From: Rhizaria sp. SCN 62-66 | Taxonomy: Eukaryota | DNA: 64,000 nt | Direction of reading: 5' to 3' | NCBI GenBank assembly: GCA_001724265.1 | Contig: MEDY01000113.1 | Coordinates: 1 to 64,000, forward strand | In this document: piece by piece, positions 41,906 through 54,100 of the stretch | How the letters are laid out: every line of letters begins with the position of its first letter | How positions within the stretch are numbered: the stretch's first letter is position 1 | The notes under the pieces: generated by a model | Databases searched by the model: none | Told to the model about the DNA's origin: nothing | The model's input: the letters and a program-made list of their open reading frames with translations, nothing else | Made by a program: the position numbers and the translations under genes

Positions 41906-43322
41906 GTCTTTCGTTAACGCTTCTGTCCGTCGTCAGTCTCTTTGTCTCATGTTACCGCTGCTGCTGTTGCTGTGCTTTGTGCGTTTGTCGCTCTCTGTGC
42001 TGTGTAGCTTACTGCATATATTACCTCACTACTTTCGTCGTAATAATAACCAACTCTCACCGCAAGATCAGCTCAACAAACGCGCATTCACCGCAAGTCT
42101 CTCGATAGTTCAGCACGATCGCGACATACCGCCCCGCCACGCGTTACAACACTACTCATGTCATGCATATATCTGCCATTTTTCGCTTCCACGCAACGCC
42201 ATGCAACCACACACACTCCACACTGCAAGCAAGCGCACAGGAATCAGCTGTCACCAGCTGTTTGGTCTGTGTATCTGCATCTCTACGTGTGTGCGTCTGG
42301 ATGGACTGCGTTGTGTGCGGGTCGAGTAACATGGCTGCGCGCCGCACCCTCTTTGTGGTGTGTGTCTGCCCGTGTTTTACGTTGGACAAGTGGACGTATG
42401 GTGCTTGCTGTGGCACCTTTTGATGGCGCGAATGTACTGCGTCATTTTGGCGTACTCCAGCTCCGGCTTTTTCATCACTCTATTTGTTTTTTACATGCAC
42501 CAAATCTTCTGTTATATATCCTTTTTCTTCTCTCATATGTTCATTTGACATGTATACCTTTGTTTTTTTCGTTTGCGCTACACGCTTATCTACCGTGCCC
42601 TTCCCCTTTCTCTGAGACTATGTACTCCTAGTCAGTTTTCCCCCACACTCAGTCAACGTCGCATCGTTCGGTGCTGCTTCGTTTGTTTATTCGCTGAGTG
42701 AGGGGGTGTGACCTGGCTGGCTAGCTTTGAGACCGTCGGTCGAGTGTTCGCTTCGGTGGTGACACGGAATAACAACGTCATCACAATAAAGCATTTTATC
42801 GCGATTCAACCCCATCAACTTAGCAATAATCACGACGCTTCTGCAATAAATTACAGCTTGAATATATTTTATTTTATAGAATTATCCCATTTAGGCTTTA
42901 TTACCGCTCGTAAAACGTACTTCTCTTGCAATTTTAAGTCCTCGCTCTCCGATCCGTCCGTTCGTTCCGTCCGCAGTCATTTTTGCGAACCGATTGGGAA
43001 GCAGAAGAGCAAGACAGAACAAAATGAACAAATGACGAGTGCACTTGGAAGAAGATAGAACAGGTTCTGCCATCGCTAGATGGTCTGCTGGCTCCTTTGT
43101 GATATTGTACTCATTGAAATCTTTACGTTATATAAAATCTGTTTCACTCTGCACTACCCTCGCCCTATATCTCACCTCGTATCATCTCCCCTCGACACAC
43201 GCCCGCTCCACCACCACCACACTGCCTGCTCTCTGCACGCCTCCCCTTGTCCTTGTCCCTTCCTGCCCGCCCCCGCCCCGTGGCTGTGACTTGTTCACTG
43301 CGCAGAGTTAGCCCTCGGCCCC

Positions 43323-44900
43323 ATGTCCGGCGAGCCCTCCACCCTCCACAAGGGCCTGCAGACGCAGTTTTCGTCCCTCAAGCTGTCTGCACTGCCCAAG
43401 AACACCGTGCGCTCGGCCGACGCCAACAAGGACACTGGCGTCATCGAGACGACCACAGACACGCGTCTGCGCGACGTCGTGTCGCTTATGCTCAAGAACA
43501 ACATCTCCTCGTGCCCCGTGCGTCGCTCCGAGTTCAAGGACGTGCACTCGGGCGACTTCGAGAAGGTGTACTTCGGCGTCATCGACCTGCTCGACATCGT
43601 CGCCTTCGTGCTCTCGATCCTCAAGACCACGGCCTCCTGGGGCAAGGGCTTTGAGGCCGTGCTCGAGGCCGTTGTCCAGTTCGCCGAGCACACTGTGCAG
43701 GACGTGCTCGACGCCTCGCCGTCGATCCAGTTCCAGCCCATCCTCTCCACTGCCACGGCTGATGCCGCGCTTGCGCTGCTGGGCAAGGACCGCTTTCACC
43801 GCGTTGTCGTCATCAACTCGGAGACGCGCGCGCTCGAGACCATTGTGACGCAGTCCTCCATGGCCGCGTTCCTTCACTCCAAGGTCACCTCTGACCCTGT
43901 GTTCGCGGCCTTCGCGGCGCAGCCTCTCTCCGCCTTCGGGCTCGGCGCGGAGCAGCGCGTGGTGTCTGTGCCGCTCACGCACAAGGCCGTCGACGCCTTC
44001 CACCTTATCCAGAAGCACCGCGTGACGGGCGTGCCCGTCGTCGACCGCTATGGCTCGCTCATCGGCAACGTCTCTGCGCGCGACATCCGCTCCATGGTCG
44101 GCTCCCCGGACAAGTTCGACCGCTTGTTCGACTCGCTCGGAGAGTTCCTGGTCGACATCCAGGCCGACAAGGCCGACCGCGCCGCTACGCCCACCCCCGG
44201 CGCCGCCCCCGCGCCCCACGTCACCGCCCCCGCCGCCGGCGCCACCCCGCAGCAGCAGCTCGCGTCCCCCACCAAGTCTGCGTTGGCCAGTCCTTTCGCG
44301 CCCCAGTCGGGCAAGCCGTCCCCCGCGCGCCGCCTCTCCGCCTCGCACACCGAGCCCGCCGCGCCCGCACCCGCCCCCGCCGCTGCGGGCCGCTGGGCGC
44401 TGCCCGAGGCGATCTGTGTTGAGCCCAGCACCACGCTGGCTGACACGCTCGCGCTGCTCGTCACCAAGCGCATCCACCGCGTCTACATCACTCGGTACGG
44501 AACGAAACGACGACGAGACATTATCGTTTTATTGAATAATTTAATTGTGTATCTTGTCTACTTTGATATCATACTTAATTTTTTTATCAACACGCTTACA
44601 TCTACCCCACTTAGTATCTTTTCTCAACTCTCTCGCGATTATATCTTGCTCTGTTGACTTGACTCCTGTATTGCCCGATTGCCGTATTACAGCTCTGAGC
44701 CGTCGCCGGTGGACGCGAGCAAGACGATCCGCGCGCCGGTGGGCGTGGTGACGCTGACGGACGTGATGCGCGCCTTCGCCGACGGCGTCGTGCTCGCCCA
44801 GCGCCGCAGCTCACTCACCTCGGCCGACGCCATGCGCGACACCATTGCCGCCGCCATGGCCGCCGCCGCCGCCGCCGAGGCCGAGGCCGCCAAGCCCTAA
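43323..44900 (+). CDS. Four-CBS-domain protein (AMPK-gamma/Sds23-like), about 459 aa
   Basis: Exons 43323-44494 and 44693-44900; phase-2 intron GTACGG...TACAG. CBS motifs NNISSCPV...GVIDLLDI, HRVVV...IVTQS, HRVTGVPVVD...GNVSARDI, IHRVYI...GVVTLTDV. Stop TAA. Confidence 0.88.
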
Positions 44901-45538
44901 GCCCGCAGAGCCAACTAGCGAGATCGCGGGTCAAAGGCGACTGTGAGCAAGTGCTGCGGTGGACCGAGAGACTGACTGAGTGACTGACTGTTTGATGTGA
45001 ACAATGACGACGTTTGACTTGAAGAGCACGGCTTTGATTGATCAGTGACGAAGCGAGAGAGAAAAACGCAAAAGAGTTTGAAAATTTATGATACGATAGT
45101 AAAATGATGTTGATGATGATATTGACAAACAAACACAGACAAGATGAAATAGTCTGTTGTTGTTATTATTCGCAGCGATAGAAGCTTCTTAGCTTCTGAG
45201 TTTGTTTTGATTAATTGTGTCAGAAGTAAAAAGCACAATAGTAACAACAACGACGACAACTACGACAACGACAACAGGCTGGTTATTTTGTTTATGATTG
45301 ATTATGAGCAACGACAGTTCAATAACCACGAGTTGAATTTTGATAATAGTTTAAAACATATCAATACAAAGTTTTAAAATTCCATAACAAGTCGAAAACA
45401 ACAGCATCTAATTGTAAAAGAAAGGTTACGGTTACGGTTACATAAATAAGACTTTGTATGACAATGGATGGAATGACCATCAGGCCAACAGATAATCACA
45501 TTTTGACAACTCGCACCACAGTCAGTCAGCGCACACAC

Positions 45539-46350
45539 TCAGTCGTCCTTCTGCTGGCGCCGGCGCTCGCGCTCGCGCTCGACGAGCTCGGCGACGGCGC
45601 CCGCGTACTGCCGGTAGCCGACCATGAGGATGTTGACGGCGAGGGTAGTCAGCGCCAGCGGCTTGTGCGCGCCCTTGATGGCAAGCCGGTCGATGCCGGT
45701 GTAGTGCGCAAGCGGGCGCGAGTACATCATGGTCGCGTACTGGGCGCAGAAGAGAATCGGCAGCAGCAGCCAGTGCCAGCGCAGCAGGAACAGCACGAAC
45801 GACGGCGGCCGCACTGCATTCCCACTCGCGCCCGCAGCAGCGCTCTCACTGGCACTTGTACTGGTGGTTGTCACAGGAGTGTTGGAAGTGACAGCAGCGG
45901 TTTTGAGCGAGTAGCGCAGGTAGGGCAGGCGCAGGATGACGACGAGGAAGCGGGCAGCGATCATGACGAATGAGAGCACCATGAGGTACCAGCCGAGAGT
46001 CATGTGCAGGTTGATGATGCCGTTGCGCGTCGAGGGCAGCGGCCAGCCCAGAGACGCAAGCTCGAACTGGTACACGCCGAGCAGGATCTATATAGCGCAT
46101 GAGCAGCAGAGAGAGTCGTTATGTTGCAGGCAATCGATGGATGAAGAGAGAATGCACAAAGAACGATGGTGAGCGAGGAAGGAAGAGAGTGCTGTGACAT
46201 GAAGACAGACAAAGAAGAAATGGATGCGGTATAAATAGATAGGATACAATGTTTTTAATGTCGTACCTGAAAGATAATGAGAAGCGAAAAGGGCATGAAG
46301 TGGTAGCGCATCGTCAGCGATAGCGCTCGCTTGACGAACGTTGGAGCCAT
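45539..46350 (-). CDS. Four-TM membrane protein (about 210 aa), possibly prokaryotic-type cytochrome b561 (CybB/YceJ)-like
   Basis: Exons 46350-46267 and 46087-45539; phase-0 intron GTACGA...TATAG. A His near the start of each helix: RYHFMPFSLLIIFQILLG, NLHMTLGWYLMVLSFVMIAAR, RWHWLLLPILF, GAHKPLALTTLAVNILM. Stop TGA. The gene model is good; the family call is tentative. Confidence 0.65.
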
Positions 46351-46846
46351 TCTGCACTCAAGAAAAAAGACAAATACAGAGCGCAGCCGTTGGCTTGAGA
46401 TGTATAATTAACGAATAATATATTTTGAAGTCGCTTATAACTGTAAACTTATGAGAAACGTGTAGTATCGGATTTTAGACTGTGAATGTATTCAAAAGAA
46501 AATCATCGCTCGCATAATCGGCAGTGCAAGCCCGACCTACACGTCAGCATTCTTCCTCTCGCTGACATGTCCAGGCCACCTCTTCTGCCGCCTTAAAGCG
46601 TGCGACAGTGTGCGCGCAGACGCCACCAGCGGGGTTGTCCGCCGCCGCCCGCGCTACATAGACTATCGTAAAGCCGCCCTCTCGCCCCAGGGCGCGAGGG
46701 CTGAATTGTGTGTTTGTTATTTTGATTTGATGAGTTAGTTTCGTACTGTTATCTCGTATCCTGCTTCGTTATGATGCCTCACCGCAGCGGACCACCGGGG
46801 TTTCTCCCCCCAGCCCCCAGCGCGGCTATCCCGGCGCACTGCGCGC

Positions 46847-47563
46847 TTAGAGGGACTGGATGATGATGAGGAGGAACTCGTTGTCGGGCGCGACCATGAT
46901 CTCGTGCTTCTTGGACCGGATGCGCAGGAAGGTCAGGTCGTTCTGGGGGTCCAGGTCGCGCACCACCGAGCGCGCCTTGGTCGCCAGCTGAGAGATGTTC
47001 GCCGCGTACTGCGCAAGAGAGTGCAAGAGATAACAAATGCGACAAGAGATGGAAAGAGAGTAAGAGAGTGAGAGTCAAAGCTATGGCAATGTTGAAGGTG
47101 TTAAAAAGAAGAGTCATAGGAGACTTGGAAGGGGCAAGGACGTACCTTGTGGGTGAGCTCATCGTCCATCTTCTTGCTGGGACGAATTGGGATGCCCTCG
47201 CTGTTGACTGTAGGTGTGAGCGTGCGGACAAGCATAGCGGACGCAGGGAAAGAGGGAAAGCATAGGTGTCTGTGAGTGAGGAGTGAAAAGACGGGTATGT
47301 CGCGCATAAAACAAGCGATTTAGACTAAAGTAGGGTGGATTCGTATGATGTGGCGAGTTAACGTACCAACGATAACGGCCTCGACGCCCTTGTGCTGCTT
47401 GATGCGCTCCAGGGTCTCCTCGATGTCGGTCTGGGACTGCAGCGCGAACGGGGGCGAGGGGAAGCAATGCGAGGGGGATATGAGCATGAGGTTGCAAGTG
47501 CAATTAGGACTAAAGCTCATGTTGGGATATAAGATAGTTTCGCAGTCTAGAATTACGTACCAT
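46847..47563 (-). CDS. DYNLRB: Dynein light chain roadblock-type (LC7), 98 aa
   Basis: Exons 47563-47561 (ATG only), 47436-47367, 47207-47146, 47008-46847; all three donors GTACGT. Spliced product [98 protein letters not shown]. Stop TAA. Confidence 0.95.
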
Positions 47564-48119
47564 GGACTGTAGAGAAGCGGTGGGGAAGATAAGGCAAGGC
47601 GAGGGAAAGGAAAGTGCAAGGTTGTGGTAACGGAAGGGGAAAAGGTGAAAAATGTTGTCTCAAATGCACAGGAATCTGGCGACACTATGAAAGCTTAATA
47701 TAAATATATGAACTCGCCTGGCTGTTTTAAAATCTGGAAATCCGTCAAAGTTTGAAACGACAGATGCTACATCGACTTCTTTAGCTTTGAAATCTGCCTA
47801 CCATGCTTGGCGGACCGCCGATCGTTGCCGAGCCACAGCGGCCGCGATTCAAAACAAACGCTACTTTTCCAGTCGCCAAAACGTCTCATGATCGTCATAT
47901 AGCGATATGATTTGGATATGATATCTGCCTAGTTGTATAATATTTATAATCATAATTTTTATTTCTCAAATTTCTACAACTGTTCCTCTAGCGCTGTCTA
48001 TAGCCCTGACTGCAAGAACCAGTTACTCACCTCTCGCTGCCCTGTCTTTTCACCCATGTAGCCCCACCAACTCTAGACCTTTCCTTTTCTCGCCGCGCCG
48101 CCGCTTATTAACGAGAGCA

Positions 48120-51100
48120 ATGTCCACCGCGGCGCCCGGTCCGCTGCACGGGCCTCAGTCTCCGCGCTCCCCGTTCGCGTCCGCGCCACCATACACAACA
48201 ACGTCGAGCAGTTCTTCAGCCTCTGCGTCGTCGTCGTCGTCGCCGTCATCAGCGTCGCTGTCAGCCGCGTCCCTGGCCGCGACGCCCGTGCTGTCCTCCT
48301 CACTGCTGCCGTCGCTGCCGCGCGCGCCCGCGGACGCCCCCACCGTGCTGCGCGCCGTGGCCCTACTGGTCAACCAGGCGCGCCTCTGCCGCGCGGCGGG
48401 CGCGCTCGAGGATGCGCTCGCGCTGCTGCACGACGCCAACGCGCTCGCGCCGCACGACCCCACGCTGCTGCTGCAGCTGGGCGCGTTGTACACGGACCTG
48501 GGCGAGCCCGCGGTCGCGGCGACGCTACTGCGGCGCTTTCTGTCCGCGGCCGTGACGGCCAGCGTGCCGCCGCTCGACATCATCCTGTCGCCGCGGTCGC
48601 AAGCGCTCGCGCTGCTGCGCGCGCAGTCGCTCAACAACAGCACTAACACCGACAGCAGCAGCATTAGTAGCAGCAGCAGCAGCGCTAGCAGCAATGCGGC
48701 CGCACAGACTGCTTTCCTGCCGCTTCTGCCGCCGCCGCGGTCGCGCCGCTTCGCGAAGCTGTCTCTCTCGGCGCGCTTCCCCGCGCTGCTCGCGCTGTCG
48801 GAGCTGGCCCGCGCCGCGACGGCCGCCGGGGACGCTGTGCTCGCTGCGCAGGCGCAGACGGCGCTGCTGTTCGCGATGCGGACGCAGCGCGACCACGACA
48901 CTTACACCAGTCTAAGTGCCCTCTCCAAGAACAAGACCGGCAAGACCCGCAACGCGAGCATCATCGCCGCGCGCAAAAGCGTCTCTGCGAGTGCGGGCGC
49001 CGGCGCGAGCGCGAGTTTATCCGAGGCTGAGGAGGAGGCGGCGGAGGTCGAGGAGTGGGGCAGCGGCTGGCCCCGCGACTGGGACAGCGACACCGCGGTC
49101 GAACACTGGCTGGGCCCGATTGCGTAGTCAAACGACGACAACGACGACAACAAAAGCTTGAACGCGAATGGGATTGACGCGCTGTTTAGTCTGCCTGCTG
49201 TGACAGTCTCTGCCACTGGCACAGAAACGCTTTTTAACGACAAAAATAACAACGCCAACAACAACAGCAACAGCAACAGCAGCAACATTCTCGTCGAGCC
49301 CGCGTCGCTGGTCGGCCCCGTCCCGACACTGTCCTTGTCGCGCGCGCGGCAGGCGACGTGTCTGCGCAGCATGGCGCGGCGGCTGCGCGCTATGGGCTGG
49401 CCGCGCCAGGCGCTGCAGTGCGCCGAGCGCGTCCTCGTCCTGACCGCTGCCAACAACAGTAATACGAACAGCAGCCACGGCAGCAGTGCGGGCAATAGCG
49501 CCGTCAGCAGCAGCAGCAACCTGGTCACCGCTGACACTGACACCGCGAGCGACAGCCAACAACAACAACAACAACAGCAACAGCAGCAGCAGTCTGGCCG
49601 CGTCCCACCGGCCTCGGCGCTGGCTGCGGAGGCGTCGGACCTTCTCCTCGCGGGCTCCCTTGCGTTCGAGCTCGACCTGGTGGAGAAGGCGGCGCTGTAC
49701 GCGCGCGCCGTGCTGGAGCTAGGCACCAGCAGCGCCGCTAACGCCGCCGCGGCCGCCGCTGCGCTCGGCGCGAACAACATCAACAACAGCGGCAATAGTA
49801 GTGCTACCAATGCGAATAACGCTGGCGCTAGCGCTGCTGATGGCGGTGAGGCTGAGGTCGGAGCCATTCTCACCGCTGCTCTTCGCTCCCCCACAAACAA
49901 CACCAATACTAACAACGCTACCAGTAGCGGCAGCGGCAGTGGCAGTGCGAGTGCAGTGGAGAGTGCTAACGCTCTGTGGGACGCGCAGCAGCTCGCGCGC
50001 CTGCTCCTGGCCTCCGTCTCGCTCGCCCTGGGCTCCGCCGCGGGTGCCGCAGACGCCACCGCGCTGCTCGACTTGGTTCTAGCGGCCCCGGAGCGCAACC
50101 TGCCCGCAGTGAGCGCGACCGCTTTTTACACGCTGAGCAGCGTGTTGTTGCTGCAGGGCAAGGCGCTGCCCGCCGCGGGCGCTCTGCGCGCGTGCGTGGC
50201 CGCGCAGACCGCCGTGCTCAGGCAGCACCAGCGCCGTCGCAGGGCGCGGGCGCGCGCGCGCGCCGCGGCGGCCGCCGCCAACGCTGGCTACGTCAGCGCG
50301 CTAAGGTACGACAAAGCACGATAACCTTTCTTTATACGAGCGCATATACGCTTAAACTACACATATAATTTGCTATTCGATTTAAATAATTTGCAATTTT
50401 GTGATTTAATTTAGTTTCAAGTTTATATTCTCACATTTCACGCCTATCTCTTTCATACTGTGCTCTTTGTCCCATTTTGTCGTCACAGCAACGACAGCGC
50501 GATGGCGGTGGTGTCCGTGGGTGCGGGCGAGGCTGCCGCGGCCGCCGCGGCCCCGCGCGGGCCCGACGGGCGCGTGGTGCCGGGGCTGTGGGTGCGCGAG
50601 GACGAGGCCGCCGCCACGGCAGCGCTCGACGCCGCGCTTTACGGCAACAGCAGCGGCAGCGGCAATGGCGGTAAGACCAATGGTGACCGCGACCGTGACG
50701 AGGAGGACGACAACGAGGCCGGGGCGGGCGCGGAGGCTGAGGCCGAGGGCTGGGACGGCAACGTGGCAGCCGCGCTCTGGGGTTTCACTGACAGCAGCAG
50801 CAGCGACGACGGCGACGACGACGGCGACCACGCAGACGACTCCGACGGTGGCGACGCCGGCAACGGCAAAGACGGCCACGGCAGCGCGGCCGACAAGAAG
50901 GGCCGCAAACGCCATTGGCAGCAGGCCTCCTCCTCGCAGCTCCGCCAGCAGCAGCAGCCGGGGAAGCCGGGGAAGCAGCCGCGCCGCCACCCGCGCCGCC
51001 ACCCGCTGTGGTGGCTACTGCACGCGCCCGATAGCGCGGGCGGCGCGGCCTGTCTGCCGTTGATCCCGCGCGAGCTCTCGCTCAGGGACGTCGCCGCCGC

Positions 51101-54100
51101 GGCGGCCAAGCTCGCGCTCACGCCCACGCCCGCGCCCGCGGTCGCGCCGCTGCTCGCCGCAGCTCACTTCGGTGGCAGCGGCGCCGACAACGCCCAGGCT
51201 GCGGCAGGCTCGCACACCAGCCCCAGCACCAACAGCGGCTCGATCCCGGCAGGCTCCGGCTTCAGCGCCGTTTCCGGCTCTGGTGCCGGCTCTGGCCCAG
51301 GTCCGGGCCGCACGACGGCGCCGCCACTGATCCCATCGCTCCACCTGCCGGCCCGGCTGAGCGCAGCGTTCGCGCCGCACACGGCGACGGCGCATACGGT
51401 CGCGCTTCTGGTGCCCTACTACACGGAGCTGCTGCTGCGCTACGGGCCCGACGAGCGCGTCCTGTGGTACCGCGCCAACGCGCACCGCGCCGCGGGCGCG
51501 CTGTTGGCGTGTTGCAAGGACCTGGATCGCATGCACGACCTCAACCCGCGCTTCCTCGCCGAGTACCTAGCCAAGCCCTGCCCCTTAGACGCGCTCGACG
51601 GGAAGAAGCTATGCTGGGTCCAGTGGCGCCTCTTCGAGCCGCTGCACCAGATCGCGCCCACCAACATGCCCTGCGTGCAGACCGGCTTGCTGCTCGCGCT
51701 GCCGCCCCCGGGGCCCGAGGCCGCGGCGGGGCTGGCCGCGCTCGGTTCGGGCGCGGGCAGTGACGGCGGCGGCAGCGGCTCTGGAAGTACTGGCGGCGGC
51801 TCCCGGTCTAGTGCCGGCGCCGGCTCGAGCGCGAGCGCGAGTGGCGGCGCTAGCGTGGCGATGGCCGGCCTCGGCCTGCCCTCGGTTACCCCCACGGCGC
51901 CGGCCTCGCTGACGTCGCTGCCCGTTGCGCTGCCCATGCTCCTAGAGCGCCTGCTGCTGTACTACCGCCTGACCTCGGACCCCGCGGCGGCGCTGCCCAG
52001 TGAAGACCCCGCCCACGGCCACCTGTGCGCCGTCGACCTGCTCCGACAGCTTGCGGCGGCCCCGGCCTCGGCCGCCGCGCCCAGCCTGATCGAGGCGCTC
52101 ATGTCGCCCTACGCGCAGGAGCGCCAGGCGCAGCGGGCCGGACTGGGTCTCGGCGGAGCGGCGGGGTTCGCGCCGGCCGCGGCGGCCGCGGCGGCGGCGG
52201 CGGCCACCGCGGCCGCGACTGCTGCTGCGGTGAGCAGCAACATCAACAACAGCAGCAGCGGTGATGCAAACGCGCATGACGGCAACGGTACACTGAGTGG
52301 AAACAACAAGACAAGTCCGATTGGCAGCAATATCGGCGACAGCGCGACGCCCGACGCTGCCGCCGCCGCGAGCGCCGCCGCCGCCGAGGCCGCGGCCGCC
52401 GCCGCCGCCGGGTCCGCCGCGGACGTGAGCGCGTTGCTATCGTCGCTGGACCAGGGCACGGCGTCGCTCACCACGCCGTCCGCTCTGACCGCCGCCGACG
52501 TCAGCGCGCAGGTCTCGGCACTGCTGACCGATTACCTGGCCCTGCTGCTGCCGCGCACCGGCGGCGCCGCGCGCGGGCGTCTCACGCTCGCGCTGCTGCG
52601 GCTGCGCGGCTGGGACCTGCCCACGCTGCGCCACGACTGCCTCGAGGCGCTGCGCGGGATGAGCCAGGCCGCGGCCGCACTCCTCACGGGGCCCGAGGCC
52701 GCGGCGTACGCAGACGTGTTCCCATTTGCGGGCACCGCCAACCGGCCCCCCGGCACCGCGGCGGCCGGCGGCCAGAGGGCGGGACTCGCGGTGGACACGG
52801 CGGTGCTCTCGGTCCGCCTCGGCGACCCCATCCTGACCCGCGCGCTGGCGCTGACGGGCGATTTGTGCCTGGTCGACGTGCCCATCGCGACCTCGGCGCT
52901 CTCGTTTCCGCCCACCGGCGCCGCGCACGCCGCCGCGATGCCGACCTCCTCCTCCTCGGCCGCCGCGATCGGCAGCGACGCCGCGGGCGCTGACGGCAGC
53001 AACGGCAACGGAAACAGCGCCGGTGTCGGTGTGGACGGCACCGCACTGCCGTTCAGCGTGCCCGCCGTGGACGACAACGTGGTGGCGATGCCGCGCCAGT
53101 TCGTGGCGTGGACGCTGCGCCACGAGGCCGCCGCGTTCCTGTCGCTGCTCGCGCAGGGCTACCTCTTGCAGGCGCAGAACGACAAGTGCGTGCTGCTGCT
53201 GCACCGCGCGCTCAGCCTCGAGCCCTCGTGCGCGCTCGCTCACACCGTGCTGCTGGGCTTCCACACGCGCTTCTCACCGCTGGCGGCCACGGCGGCGCAG
53301 CTCGCGCTGCTGCTGCAGACGCACCCGCTCTGGGTACCCGGTGCGGACCTCCACTGCCAGCCGTTGCTGCACTCGCCGCGCTCCTTCCTGCGGCCCGACG
53401 GCGCCAAAACGCTCTCGGCGCTGTTTCTGCGCGGCGAAACCAACCTGGCCGCGCTGCCGCTGATTACGGGCTCGGCCGCGGGCACCACAACGCTGGCGCT
53501 GGCCAACGCGCAGCTCATGGCGCGCGCCACGGGCGCCGTCGCCGCGGGCGCCGCCACGGGCCCCGGCGCCGCGGCCGCGCTGGGCCTCACGCTCGACGCG
53601 GTGCCCAGCTTCGCGCGCGCGGTCAGGCTCGTGCGCTCGCACGCGCAGCCCTTTTACCGCCGGCCCATGCTCATTCTGCGCTCGAGCAATAGCTCGGGCA
53701 GTCATAGCAGCAGCAGCAGCAGCAGCAGCAGCTCTAGTCATGGCGTCATTGGCGACGAGAGCAAGGATGTCGCCGACCGCGAGCTAGCGCAAAGCGACAC
53801 CGGCAACGGTGATGATTATGACGACTACGACGTGGTGGTGTTTGACGCAGACGTGTCGCGCCCACCGCCGCGCCCGCTGCCGCCGACCGCGGTTTGGGTC
53901 GCCGCCGCGCTCGCCGAGCCCGCGCCCGCCGCGCTGCCTCTGCCTTCGTCCCCGTCGCCGACCACGACCGCGGCCGCGGCGGCAACTGCGACTACCGCGC
54001 TGTCGACGCGGCTTGGCGCGGGCCTGCGCATCCGGCGCCGCCCGACGCCCGCACAGCACGCCGCCGCCGCGCTGCAGTCCGTGCTGAGCGGCCCGGCGTG

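Noticed and set aside
41694-43311. ORFs of 100-210 aa in the PNUTS-CBS spacer
   Set aside because: AT/CT-rich, include the microsatellite, lack the genome's codon bias and often lack ATG starts; non-coding.
45424-45441. (GGTTAC)3 telomere-like hexamer
   Set aside because: Only three copies in a convergent 3' spacer; ordinary microsatellite.
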